A stretch of 64,000 nucleotides of DNA, taken from Macrostomum lignano. Taxonomy: Eukaryota. Positions within the stretch are counted from its first letter, which is position 1. Every line of letters starts with the position of its first letter. The translations under genes and the position numbers were made by a program. The stretch is from contig NIVC01001409.1 in NCBI GenBank assembly GCA_002269645.1, forward strand, positions 62,001 through 126,000. Direction: 5' to 3'. Shown one piece after another: positions 46,737 through 59,600 of this stretch. The notes beneath the pieces were generated by a model, which made no database searches, was not told the origin of the DNA, and saw nothing but the letters and a program-made list of their open reading frames with translations.

Positions 46737-47100
46737 TCAGTCTATTTCTAGACTTCTCCGCACTCGTTTGAGCCTGCTCCGAGTCGGAGATTTTTGGCTT
46801 GTATTTATACACAATTTATATCTATAACAGGACCACAGCTTGTCAGTCAGCTGCGCGCTCGCACGGGGGTCGCTGAAATCGGCGGTTGCCATGGCCATCC
46901 TAACGTCGGCGGGAAGCTGCTGGCGAAACAGCATTGTAATACTTCGTAGGAAATCGGGCATAGGCAGGTGCGCACACAGAAGCGTGAGTCATTTCCCCCA
47001 GACACATCCAAGCTGGCTGGTTGGGTGGAGTCACCTTACCAGCCAGGCGTGCTGGAGCCTGCGTGCGAATGCCCGAAGCTCACGATCCCGGCTGTGCACC
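46737..47100 (-). mobile_element. Degraded Ty3/Gypsy-type gag fragment
   Basis: LFRQQLPADVRMAMATADFSDPRASAQLTDKLW resembles the recalled FL.QLP.DVR..LA..DF.DPR.LA..AD.LW gag signature; the upstream part is frame-broken and no LTR was found. Confidence 0.5.
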
Positions 47101-47412
47101 GCCACACTCAATATAAAACGAAAAAGCGTGCATTAAATGCATAGTCTATGGTCGAGACTCCAGAATTGAATCGTTATTACAATACGACTCAATACTTTGT
47201 TTTTCTTACTTAAATGTCTATGGCACTCAAAACCAAGTATTGAATCCTTGATAGTCCAAATATACTAAATCTCTAATATTTGTTTGTATGCTTGAATGAA
47301 TTGATATCTAAATTCACAATTAGGCTTTTCATATTACCGATTCTAGAACCAGAATCGGTTCTGCATTTCTACGAATCCAAACAGTAAAACTATACTTCTT
47401 TCCCGGAGTATA

Positions 47413-48840
47413 CACTCAGCAACATTGAAAAGTTTCCACCCTCGCGCCAGCCATGTATATTTCGAGTTTCAAAACTGGTTTTTGTCGCCAGACTTGTGCC
47501 ATAGACGATTGTTGATTTCGTCAACACGCACTTGGGCCATAGACAAAAACTTGGGTCACAGACGCCAGACAAGTCGAAGGAAACAGTCACATGAAGCAGA
47601 CAGCAGCAGCGTACAGGAGTCTAAAATCCACGTTCGCAATCAAACGCAAATGGTTCGCCAAACGACCGACCTGGAACGAGTGCGCGCCATTGGCATGCTG
47701 GACGCTGGATGTCCATCCGAGCTGTTGCTCGCCAAATTGGGCGGTCGCACACAGCAATCCGCAAACTGCAAATCATGTGCAGAGAAACGGGCAGCGTGGC
47801 GCACGCCACGCGCGGCCGGCGGCTCAATATGCGCAGTACAACTAGGAGGGCGGACCGGCGATTGCTGCGAATGGTGAAGGGAAGCCCCACATTGCCAGCC
47901 ACCCTGCTACGGCTGATGTGGGCTGAAAGAAGCAGGCGAGGGAATATCCTGAACGCCCAAAACCATCCGACGACGATTGCGGGAGTCGGGGCTGTGATCC
48001 CGTAAGATGCGAAAACGGCCACGCCTGACCCCAACCCATGTGGCCAGCCGCGAACAATGGGCAATGCAAAGGGTCCACTGGAGGCAGCAGCAGTGGCGGC
48101 GAGCGATTTTCACAGATGAGAGCCGCTTTCGATTGTTCCGTGCCGACGGCCGCATTCGCGTGTGGCGCCAGCCGCGCCAGGAGATGCTGCCGCAGCACGT
48201 GCAAAACTCTGAGAGCCAGTCAGCTTCTATTCACGTGTGGGCAGACATCACAATGCACGCGAAGACGGAGCTCGTGTTCCTGGATGCGACTGTGACTGCC
48301 GAGTCATACGCCAACCTTCTACAGACGCCCCTGCTGCCCTTCATTGATGCTTCATGTGGTGGCGTGGGGAACAGCGTCCTCCAAGACGACAACGCCCCAC
48401 CGCATCGCGCAGCCGCTGTGGCGCATCTGAAGGAGCTGCTGCACCTGCGAACCTTGCGCTGGCCGTCCCAATCACCGGACATGAATCCCATAGAGTACGT
48501 TTGGGATTACCTGAAGCGCTCGATTCGGCGCGACAATCCGCCGCAAAACGTTGCCCAACTGCGCGAATCACTGTCTACTGCATGGCAACAACTACCGCAA
48601 GATTTTCTGCGACGCCTGGTTCTGGGAATGCCCCGAAGAGTGAGCGCTCTGCTGCACGCACGTGGCTGCTATACGCGTTACTGACCCTGTTCTGGGCAAG
48701 TTGTCACCCATGCTCGCGTACTTTGTTTCTTTGCTGTTCCTTTGCTTCGTTCGAATCCGGATTATATATTTGTTGCTCAAAATACAGTTGCTTCTTTAAC
48801 GGATTTCGAATAGATTTGCTGTTTGATTAAGAATGGGGTT
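47413..48840 (+). mobile_element. Tc1-family (DD34E) DNA transposon, decayed; transposase about 47650-48684
   Basis: HTH (SIRAVARQIGRSHTAIRKL), RKRPRLT, IFTDESRF, QDDNAPPH, WPSQSPDMNPIE with exactly 34 residues between D and E. Frameshifts at about 47709 and 47975 plus an in-frame TGA near 47995. Left end TA|CACTCAGC is tentative and the right TIR was not found. Confidence 0.9.
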
Positions 48841-49632
48841 TTATATAGACAAATTCTTTGTCCGTCTCCAATAGCATTTCCTTCTACTTTGGCTGTCTTT
48901 GCTTTGACATCATAAACCAGCTATTCAACTTTTTTTAAGTACGCGCCCCGTAGTATTGAAGGCATATCGCCAATTCCGTTAACAGTTTGTGACGGCGAGA
49001 AGTGCAGCTCACGGAACAATACATTGTGTCATCATTATCATTATGATGCATAATGATTCCTACATCAGTGGAGAACATACTCGAAGTGAATAAATTGATT
49101 TCATGTTACTAGCTACTAGAATACACATTTCACATATTTCACATACGAGAGTTTATGTCGAGATATGCTCGAATGCCAAAAACAAGTACAAAGAATACTA
49201 AAGTACACGTGGATGTGATTTGATAAGTAATATAAAAAAGTAGCGACGTACGAGCTACTCAAAAGTACCATTTACAAAGATGGCGAAGTGCATTGTTACA
49301 AAATGGGTTCCAATAAGACAGATTACACTGCAAAGTTAGCTAATGCATTTAAAATTATGTTGATAAATTGAACCATATTGGATGTGGATAACTTGTTATT
49401 CTAAGTCAGAAAGAGACGCCTATTTTACATTTTTTACGAATAGTTGTGAACTGGATGTACACGAAGTCTAGGAATAATGATGTTTTTAAATATAGTAGTA
49501 GCAACCAAGGCTGGCTTAAGAACACAGGATCATGGGTATTATACATGGAAGTGAATCACAAGTCAAGAGGATTAAACACTAGAGCAAATGCGCCCAGTGG
49601 ATTACATTATTTGATTAGGAAGCCTCGACTCC

Positions 49633-51138
49633 TTAAATCTGCGAAGACCTGTACCCACTGGCTTGCGCCTTTCTGACCTGGGAGACCGCTGGCTGCTGCT
49701 GCGGTAGCTGCCGCTGCTGCTGTTGATGCGGCCGGGACTGCGACTGCGTTTGGTGCTCGAACTCGCGATCTTCTCTGAGTGGCTGCCGCATCAACGAAAG
49801 CGGATCCCGCTCGTAGCCGGGCGGCGGCGACCTCTGCGGAGGCGGCGTCTCAATCGGCGGCTGCTGCCAGCTCGGCAAGTGTCGCGACTCCCCGTACGGG
49901 CGTCCCTGCCGAGCAGAGTCGTCAACGGTTGCCTTGGCCTGAAAATCCTGTCCGCTGGCCGATGCGGATATCTGCTTTCTGGTTGCGCCGCCAGAAAAGC
50001 CGGAATGATAGCTGCGCGAGGACTGCACACCGCCGACTGCGCCAGCCGGTGGAGCGTCCGAGAAGCCTGTGGAGAAATTTGCCGCTGCCGCCGAGGCAAA
50101 TCCAGCCCGCTTTGCTCGATCGATTCGCACAGGAGCCTCCTCGAACGGAGGACCGCTTGGAGGCGCGTGTTTAACGAAGCTCGCTGTTGTGGGGACATCC
50201 TGATGTGCCTGTACAGCTTGTTGACTGCGCCTTGGGTGGTCGTCTCGCTGTTGAACACCATATTGAGCAGAGGAAGCGTTTCTAGCCTGGTCTGTTGTTG
50301 GTCGGGGATCGAACTGTGCAGACGGTCCTCGTCTAACTTGATCGCCTGGCGGCGGCAAATTGTACTGGCCAGCGGGACCTTGACGCGTGCGATCAGCTGG
50401 TGGTTGAGCACCGTGCTGAGCATAGGGACTGAGTTTGTTGTTTAGCGGTGACGGCTGCTGCGATGGAGCTCTACCTGTGGAGATGGTTGCTACTTGCGGC
50501 TGCGCTGGAGACCTTGCAGCTTCAGCCTCGTCACTCAGGAAACCGAGGTTGTAAAATGCGCCCTCTCGATAGGACGGCATGGGCTGAAGCCGCGACGAAG
50601 ACATCTGTGATGGTTGAGGCCGCTGCTCTTGAGGCACTCGTCGCTGTTGCTGTTGTACCGGGTCTCGCGAAGGAAGAGGCAGCACCGGTGGGCGCGGTCG
50701 ACTACCAAAAGCTGCAGCAGTTGCCGACTGCGAAGGGAGCTCCTGATACCGGCTAGATGGTTGAATGCCCAGCTGAGCGAATCGTTCGGCCTTGGCCGCG
50801 TCCAGGCCAGACTTCACCCGATAGAAATGAATGCCGAATACGATGAGCAGTGCTCCGCCGATTATAAGCAAGGCCACGCCGAGGTAAGTCACCGCCAGAA
50901 TCCCTGCCGGCTTCGTTGCTTGTGAGCCGCCGCTGGAGCCGACGGCGCTGCTGTCAGCGGAGACGCCGGCGAACACGAAGATGATGCCCACAGAAAGGCA
51001 GGTCAGGCTTGCACCGAATTCAATCCAGCAGACTCGAGTCTCTTTGACGCAAATTGGCTCGTGTGTTCGCTCCCGGGCCTCCTGCTGCTGCTGCTGCTGC
51101 TGCTGCAGTCTGGAGTGCATCCCGCGGGTGGGATTCAT
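49633..51138 (-). CDS. Uncharacterised single-exon membrane protein (about 501 aa): poly-Q, two TM helices, long Pro/Gln/Ser-rich tail
   Basis: Long non-repetitive GC-rich ORF. Hydrophobic segments FGASLTCLSVGIIFVFAGV and ILAVTYLGVALLIIGGALLIVFGIHFY followed by basic RVK; first ATG at 51138 (the track starts at an upstream TTG). Confidence 0.75.
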   Translation of the reverse strand: MNPTRGMHSRLQQQQQQQQEARERTHEPICVKETRVCWIEFGASLTCLSVGIIFVFAGVSADSSAVGSSGGSQATKPAGILAVTYLGVALLIIGGALLIVFGIHFYRVKSGLDAAKAERFAQLGIQPSSRYQELPSQSATAAAFGSRPRPPVLPLPSRDPVQQQQRRVPQEQRPQPSQMSSSRLQPMPSYREGAFYNLGFLSDEAEAARSPAQPQVATISTGRAPSQQPSPLNNKLSPYAQHGAQPPADRTRQGPAGQYNLPPPGDQVRRGPSAQFDPRPTTDQARNASSAQYGVQQRDDHPRRSQQAVQAHQDVPTTASFVKHAPPSGPPFEEAPVRIDRAKRAGFASAAAANFSTGFSDAPPAGAVGGVQSSRSYHSGFSGGATRKQISASASGQDFQAKATVDDSARQGRPYGESRHLPSWQQPPIETPPPQRSPPPGYERDPLSLMRQPLREDREFEHQTQSQSRPHQQQQRQLPQQQPAVSQVRKAQASGYRSSQI

Positions 51139-52630
51139 GGGAAGAAGCTGCACTGCGGGAGCGAGTTTTAACGACTGTACAGTGGGGGACGTCGATGCAA
51201 AAAGCAAAAAGGATGACGGGGGTCGAGATTTTCTTCTCCACAGCGCACTGCTGGAATGCTGGGGATGGGTTGGGATCAGGGAGACTTTCGGAAGCTCGTC
51301 TACAAGCGTTATTCTCTTTCCTTTCTGGCTGGGGAGCTGCGAGTTGAGGAATCCGATAGGACGAAGAAGGTTGGGTAAGGAAAAGATGGGGGAGAGACGA
51401 TAAGGAGCAGTCAGTGCTGCGAGGTCTTGTCTCTCGGTACCTCTTCTGTCTGTTTTGTACGCAAGAGAAAGACCGCCTCACTTCTCTTCTGGTCTGGTCT
51501 GGCCTGGCAATATAGCGGTAGGGCTTGGGGCCGCTGTGCGGAGGGAGGGAATGGAGAAGTGAAGAAGGGTTAGCGACATTCAAGGCGAGCACTGCACTGG
51601 GGCGGGCGGGTGGGACAGAGCTGGGCGGCTACCCACCGTCACCCCAAACTTGCTCCCATGGGTGGAGGCTACTCTTTCCGTCTCATTATTGAGTCTCACG
51701 GCAATGTACGCTTGCCAACTCAACGTGTCTCCTTCTATACTATTGTACTCAGGCTTTTTACGAAGCTTAGTTATTCTGACCGCGCTTCACCGCTCTTGAG
51801 AAAGTGGCCAGGTAGGGGCTGTCAAATTGTTGGTCACAACTTAAGAAATGGTTGGACACAACACGCTGCTTGACAAGCTCGGGTCAGAGGTTGCAGGTCT
51901 CAGCCAAAATTTATGGATCAGAGCGCTTTTAATTGAAGAAAATAGAGCTTGCTGCATGTTGTTGTGAAGGCTGCGCTACGAGTTACGAAGTGGGGTCAAG
52001 TATTTTTCCAAGGCTACGCTTAATTATTTTTAGCTCTGGCTAAATGGCTAAAGTAAATAACTGGAGTAGTCGAACTGCGAATTCCGTGCACGGGTGCAGC
52101 TTAAAACTCATGCAGAATGTAATACCAGTAAAACCCACTCGCCTGTAAAGTGAGACATGATCTCGCTCTACGGCCGACAGGTAATTACCGATGGACTGAA
52201 CTCTCCCGTTTGTGCGGGGTTACTACCAATATTGAAGCCTGATGCCCGTCAGTGTCAACACAGCACGCTCTGTTTGTTAAAATTCAAGATGCCGCAGAAT
52301 GTCCCCGATTACTGCTTCAACCTGTTCCTGCTACGATGCAGGTGCAGCGCATCTCACCCCTGCCATCATGAAAACTGCGATCTTCTCTGCACAGCACTTC
52401 GACATCGCTGGACTCCAGTGCCAACCGACGCCCTCTCCTCTACCCCAAAGCCTGAGAGTTGGCTCGCAACGCGCAGTACTCGCTGATTGTCAATGAAGCT
52501 CTCAGGGACCTTCCTGATACGAGTAGCCAAGTTATCGGACCTCATATGGACGTTCACGCCTCTTGAACGTCCTGCACAGCCCCGGAATGGCTTCTGCCCG
52601 ATGTTACAAAGCTTTCACCACCGCGTCCCT

Positions 52631-52631
<1 letters not shown>

Positions 52632-52686
<55 letters not shown>
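52632..52686. repeat. (CA)n microsatellite, about 27 units
   Basis: Directly visible. Confidence 0.97.
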
Positions 52687-52689
<3 letters not shown>

Positions 52690-53639
52690 ACGCACCGGGC
52701 ACTTGTTGGTACGGTATACAATGGTGGGCACTTATTTTGCAATTTTTTTTGACACACGAAAACACACACATACACACAGTGCAATGACCTATTAAGTATT
52801 TTTAGCATTTAAATGATGAAAAAAAGCATACATTGAAATAAAAAAGCACGTCCCATACTAATAGTATGATCTATTGAAAGTGAAGTAATAGCGTAACATC
52901 GTGTAACTATATTGTCCTCAGTCCAGCGAATTCAGCATTACTTGAAATACAAAAGGCTTCGTTAAAGCCAATCCACATGAAGGAAAAACTAGTTACAAGC
53001 AGTCTATTGACCTTTACCTTTACTAATACGCTATAATGCTGTACGCAATATGCCTGACTAATATGAATAAAAAATTCAATTACACTTGCGCTTAGGAAAA
53101 AACCTAAAATTGACAGTGAAACTGAAAAACTGAAACGCAGAGATTAGTTAAACAGATTAAACAACAATTCCGGTCGAGTGAGAAAACAGGAGTCTCGTTA
53201 TTTAGAGAACTCTGGCATCCAGCATTACTCTCGTAGACTACCCAGTGGTGCACTGGCGCCCGGTCCAACAGATGGCGCTGGGCGCCAGAACATCGAAATT
53301 TCGACGCCGAGTTTTTCACAATTTTCACTGTACTACTTACTATCGAGAGGGCGCAGAGTGGGGGGCACTGTGTAAAAAAACACGCTTTTCATAAGTCTAG
53401 GGTCTATTATTAGTAATTTTATGTTCCTGGATCTCCATTTTTATTTGTTGAACAATTTTCAAGTCTATAACCTCATTTCAAGAAATAATACGCTCGTATG
53501 TTATCAAAATCATTCTCGGCAAAAAAGTAGCTTTTTCAGAATCTTTCAGCCAAGAATTTTTCAATAAATGCTACTGAAAGTAGGTAACTACGAAATGAAA
53601 CTTTGATGATTTTTTAAATTTCTGCTTTATGAGTGTCGT

Positions 53640-56600
53640 CATCAATTCTTAAATGGGAAATCCAGTAAGAACAATCAGAAATTGCCAAGCTGTATTAGAA
53701 GACTCAGATATGAGATTCTACAGATCATTAGAGCGTGTCAGTCCCTGTCTTCCCCAGAAAGAATCGTGTCTCTAGCTTAATCTGCTTTCCAGATATTCGA
53801 AGGCGGAGATTCCGGAAAATTTCTATGTATTTAAATAAGGGAAATCCAGGAAAATCAATCACAAATTGCCAAGCTGTATTAGAAGACTCAGATATGAGAT
53901 TCTACAGATCATTAGAGCGTGTCAGTCCCTGTCTTCCCCAGAAAGAATCGTGTCTCTAGCTTAATCTGCTTTCCAGATATTCATTCAAAAATGGCGATTC
54001 CAGAAAATTGCAATGCATTCAAATGGTGAAATTCGCGAAAATCAATCAGCAATTGCCAAGCTGTATTAGAAGACTCAGATATGAGATTCTACAGATCATT
54101 AGAGCGTGTCAGTCCCTGTCTTCCCCAGAAAGAATCGTGTCTCTAGCTTAATCTGCTTTCCAGATATTCATTCAAAAACGGCGATTCCAGAAAATTGCAA
54201 TGCATTCAAATGGTGAAATTCGCGAAAATCAATCACAAATTGCCAAGCTGTATTAGAAGACTCAATATGAGATTCTACAGATCATTAGAGCGTGTCAGTC
54301 CCTATCTTCCCCAGAAAGAATCGTGTCTCTAGCTTAATCTGCTTTCCAGATATTCGAAGGCGGAGATTCCGGAAAATTTCTATGTATTTAAATAAGGGAA
54401 ATCCAGGAAAATCAATCACAATTGCCAAGCTGTATTAGAAGACTCAGATATGAGATTCTACAGATCATTAGAGCGTGTCAGTCCCTGTCTTCCCCAGAAA
54501 GAATCGTGTCTCTAGCTTAATCTGCTTTCCAGATATTCATTCAAAAATGGCGATTCCAGAAAATTGCAATGCATTCAAATGGTGAAATTCGCGAAAATCA
54601 ATCACAATTGCCAAGCTGTATTAGAAGACTCAGATATGAGATTCTACAGATCATTAGAGCGTGTCAGTCCCTATCTTCCCTAGAAAGAATCGTGTCTCTA
54701 GCTTAATCTGCTTTCCAGATATTCGAAGGCGGAGATTCCGGAAAATTTCTATGTATTTAAATAAGGGAAATCCAGGAAAATCAATCAGCAATTGCCAAGC
54801 TGTATTAGAAGACTCAGATATGAGATTCTACAGATCATTAGAGCGTGTCAGTCCCTGTCTTCCCCAGAAAGAATCGTGTCTCTAGCTTAATCTGCCTTCC
54901 AGATATTCATTCAAAAATGGCGATTCCAGAAAATTGCAATGCATTCAAATGGTGAAATTCGCGAAAATCAATCAGCAATTGCCAAGCTGTATTAGAAGAC
55001 TCAGATATGAGATTCTACAGATCATTAGAGCGTGTCAGTCCCTATCTTCCCCAGAAAGAATCGTGTCTCTAGCTTAATCTGCTTTCCAGATATTCGAAGG
55101 CGGAGATTCCGGAAAATTTCTATGTATTTAAATAAGGGAAATCCAGGAAAATCAATCAGCAATTGCCAAGCTGTATTAGAAGACTCAGATATGAGATTCT
55201 ACAGATCATTAGAGCGTGTCAGTCCCTGTCTTCCCAGAAAGAATCGTGTCTCTAGCTTAATCTGCTTTCCAGATATTCATTCAAAAATGGCGATTCCAGA
55301 AAATTGCAATGCATTTAAATGGTGAAATTCGCGAAAATCAATCAGCAATTGCCAAGCTGTATTAGAAGACTCAAATATGAGATTCTACAGATCATTAGAG
55401 CGTGTCAGTCCCTGTCTTCCCCAGAAAGAATCGTGTCTCTAGCTTAATCTGCTTTCCAGATATTCGAAGGCGGAGATTCCGGAAAATTTCTATGTATTTA
55501 AATAAGGGAAATCCAGGAAAATCAATCAGCAATTGCCAAGCTGTATTAGAAGACTCAGATATGAGATTCTACAGATCATTAGAGCGTGTCAGTCCCTGTC
55601 TTCCCAGAAAGAATCGTGTCTCTAGCTTAATCTGCTTTCCAGATATTCGAAGGCGGAGATTCCGGAAAATTTCTATGTATTTAAATAAGGGAAATCCAGG
55701 AAAATCAATCAGCAATTGCCAAGCTGTATTAGAAGACTCAATATGAGATTCTACAGATCATTAGAGCGTGTCAGTCCCTGTCTTCCCCAGAAAGAATCGT
55801 GTCTCTAGCTTAATCTGCTTTCCAGATATTCATTCAAAAATGGCGATTCCAGAAAATTGCAATGCATTCAAATGGTGAAATTCGCGAAAATCAATCAGCA
55901 ATTGCCAAGCTGTATTAGAAGACTCAGATATGAGATTCTACAGATCATTAGAGCGTGTCAGTCCCTGTCTTCCCAGAAAGAATCGTGTCTCTAGCTTAAT
56001 CTGCTTTCCAGATATTCGAAGGCGGAGATTCCGGAAAATTTCTATGTATTTAAATAAGGGAAATCCAGGAAAATCAATCAGCAATTGCCAAGCTGTATTA
56101 GAAGACTCAGATATGAGATTCTACAGATCATTAGAGCGTGTCAGTCCCTGTCTTTCCAGAAAGAATCGTGTCTCTAGCTTAATCTGCTTTCCAGATATTC
56201 ATTCAAAAATGGCGATTCCAGAAAATTGCAATGCATTCAAATGGTGAAATTCGCGAAAATCAATCAGCAATTGCCAAGCTGTATTAGAAGACTCAGATAT
56301 GAGATTCTACAGATCATTAGAGCGTGTCAGTCCCTGTCTTCCCCAGAAAGAATCGTGTCTCTAGCTTAATCTGCTTTCCAGATATTCATTCAAAAGGCGA
56401 TTCCAGAAAATTGCAATGCATTCAAATGGTGAAATTCGCGAAAATCAATCAGCAATTGCCAAGCTGTATTAGAAGACTCAGATATGAGATTCTACAGATC
56501 ATTAGAGCGTGTCAGTCCCTGTCTTCCCCAGAAAGAATCGTGTCTCTAGCTTAATCTGCTTTCCAGATATTCGAAGGCGGAGATTCCGGAAAATTTCTAT

Positions 56601-59600
56601 GTATTTAAATAAGGGAAATCCAGGAAAATCAATCAGCAATTGCCAAGCTGTATTAGAAGACTCAGATATGAGATTCTACAGATCATTAGAGCGTGTCAGT
56701 CCCTGTCTTCCCCAGAAAGAATCGTGTCTCTAGCTTAATCTGCTTTCCAGATATTCGAAGGCGGAGATTCCGGAAAATTTCTATGTATTTAAATAAGGGA
56801 AATCCAGGAAAATCAATCAGCAATTGCCAAGCTGTATTAGAAGACTCAGATATGAGATTCTACAGATCATTAGAGCGTGTCAGTCCCTGTCTTCCCCAGA
56901 AAGAATCGTGTCTCTAGCTTAATCTGCTTTCCAGATATTCATTCAAAAATGGCGATTCCAGAAAATTGCAATGCATTCAAATGGTGAAATTCGCGAAAAT
57001 CAATCAGCAATTGCCAAGCTGTATTAGAAGACTCAGATATGAGATTCTACAGATCATTAGAGCGTGTCAGTCCCTGTCTTCCCAGAAAGAATCGTGTCTC
57101 TAGCTTAATCTGCTTTCCAGATATTCGAAGGCGGAGATTCCGGAAAATTTCTATGTATTTAAATAAGGGAAATCCAGGAAAATCAATCAGCAATTGCCAA
57201 GCTGTATTAGAAGACTCAGATATGAGATTCTACAGATCATTAGAGCGTGTCAGTCCCTGTCTTCCCCAGAAAGAATCGTGTCTCTAGCTTAATCTGCTTT
57301 CCAGATATTCATTCAAAAATGGCGATTCCAGAAAATTGCAATGCATTCAAATGGTGAAATTCGCGAAAATCAATCAGCAATTGCCAAGCTGTATTAGAAG
57401 ACTCAGATATGAGATTCTACAGATCATTAGAGCGTGTCAGTCCCTGTCTTCCCCAGAAAGAATCGTGTCTCTAGCTTAATCTGCTTTCCAGATATTCATT
57501 CAGGCGATTCCAGAAAATTGCAATGCATTTAAATGGGAAATCGCGAAAATCAATCAGCAATTGCCAAGCTGTATTAGAAGACTCAGATATGAGATTCTAC
57601 AGATCATTAGAGCGTGTCAGTCCCTGTCTTCCCCAGAAAGAATCGTGTCTCTAGCTTAATCTGCTTTCCAGATATTCGAAGGCGAGATTCCGGAAAATTT
57701 CTATGTATTTAAATAAGGGAAATCCAGGAAAATCAATCAGCAATTGCCAAGCTGTATTAGAAGACTCAGATATGAGATTCTACAGATCATTAGAGCGTGT
57801 CAGTCCCTGTCTTCCCCAGAAAGAATCGTGTCTCTAGCTTAATCTGCTTTCCAGATATTCATTCAGGCGATTCCAGAAAATTGCAATGCATTTAAATGGG
57901 AAATCGCGAAAATCAATCAGCAATTGCCAAGCTGTATTAGAAGACTCAGATATGAGATTCTACAGATCATTAGAGCGTGTCAGTCCCTGTCTTCCCCAGA
58001 AAGAATCGTGTCTCTAGCTTAATCTGCTTTCCAGATATTCAAGGCGATTCCGAAAATTGCAATGCATTTAAATGGGAAATCGCAGAAAATCAATCAGCAA
58101 TTGCCAAGCTGTATTAGAAGACTCAGATATGAGATTCTACAGATCATTAGAGCGTGTCAGTCCCTGTCTTCCCCAGAAAGAATCGTGTCTCTAGCTTAAT
58201 CTGCTTTCCAGATATTCGAAGGCGGAGATTCCGGAAAATTTCTATGTATTTAAATAAGGGAAATCCAGGAAAATCAATCAGCAATTGCCAAGCTGTATTA
58301 GAAGACTCAGATATGAGATTCTACAGATCATTAGAGCGTGTCAGTCCCTGTCTTCCCAGAAAGAATCGTGTCTCTAGCTTAATCTGCTTTCCAGATATTC
58401 ATTCAAAATGGCGATTCCAGAAAATTGCAATGCATTCAAATGGTGAAATTCGCGAAAATCAATCAGCAATTGCCAAGCTGTATTAGAAGACTCAGATATG
58501 AGATTCTACAGATCATTAGAGCGTGTCAGTCCCTGTCTTCCCAGAAAGAATCGTGTCTCTAGCTTAATCTGCTTTCCAGATATTCGAAGGCGGAGATTCC
58601 GGAAAATTTCTATGTATTTAAATAAGGGAAATCCAGGAAAATCAATCAGCAATTGCCAAGCTGTATTAGAAGACTCAGATATGAGATTCTACAGATCATT
58701 AGAGCGTGTCAGTCCCTGTCTTTCCAGAAAGAATCGTGTCTCTAGCTTAATCTGCTTTCCAGATATTCATTCAAAAATGGCGATTCCAGAAAATTGCAAT
58801 GCATTCAAATGGTGAAATTCGCGAAAATCAATCAGCAATTGCCAAGCTGTATTAGAAGACTCAGATATGAGATTCTACAGATCATTAGAGCGTGTCAGTC
58901 CCTGTCTTCCCAGAAAGAATCGTGTCTCTAGCTTAATCTGCTTTCCAGATATTCATTCAAAAGGCGATTCCAGAAAATTGCAATGCATTCAAATGGTGAA
59001 ATTCGCGAAAATCAATCAGCAATTGCCAAGCTGTATTAGAAGACTCAGATATGAGATTCTACAGATCATTAGAGCGTGTCAGTCCCTGTCTTCCCCAGAA
59101 AGAATCGTGTCTCTAGCTTAATCTGCTTTCCAGATATTCGAAGGCGGAGATTCCGGAAAATTTCTATGTATTTAAATAAGGGAAATCCAGGAAAATCAAT
59201 CAGCAATTGCCAAGCTGTATTAGAAGACTCAGATATGAGATTCTACAGATCATTAGAGCGTGTCAGTCCCTGTCTTCCCCAGAAAGAATCGTGTCTCTAG
59301 CTTAATCTGCTTTCCAGATATTCGAAGGCGAGATTCCGGAAAATTTCTATGTATTTAAATAAGGGAAATCCAGGAAAATCAATCAGCAATTGCCAAGCTG
59401 TATTAGAAGACTCAGATATGAGATTCTACAGATCATTAGAGCGTGTCAGTCCCTGTCTTCCCCAGAAAGAATCGTGTCTCTAGCTTAATCTGCTTTCCAG
59501 ATATTCATTCAAAAATGGCGATTCCAGAAAATTGCAATGCATTCAAATGGTGAAATTCGCGAAAATCAATCAGCAATTGCCAAGCTGTATTAGAAGACTC

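Noticed and set aside
52157-52632. Possible degraded non-LTR retrotransposon 3' end (RCRC...LLCTALRHRW) ending at the (CA)n tract
   Set aside because: The CCHC spacing needs assumed frameshifts and no RT motif is visible upstream; too weak to call.
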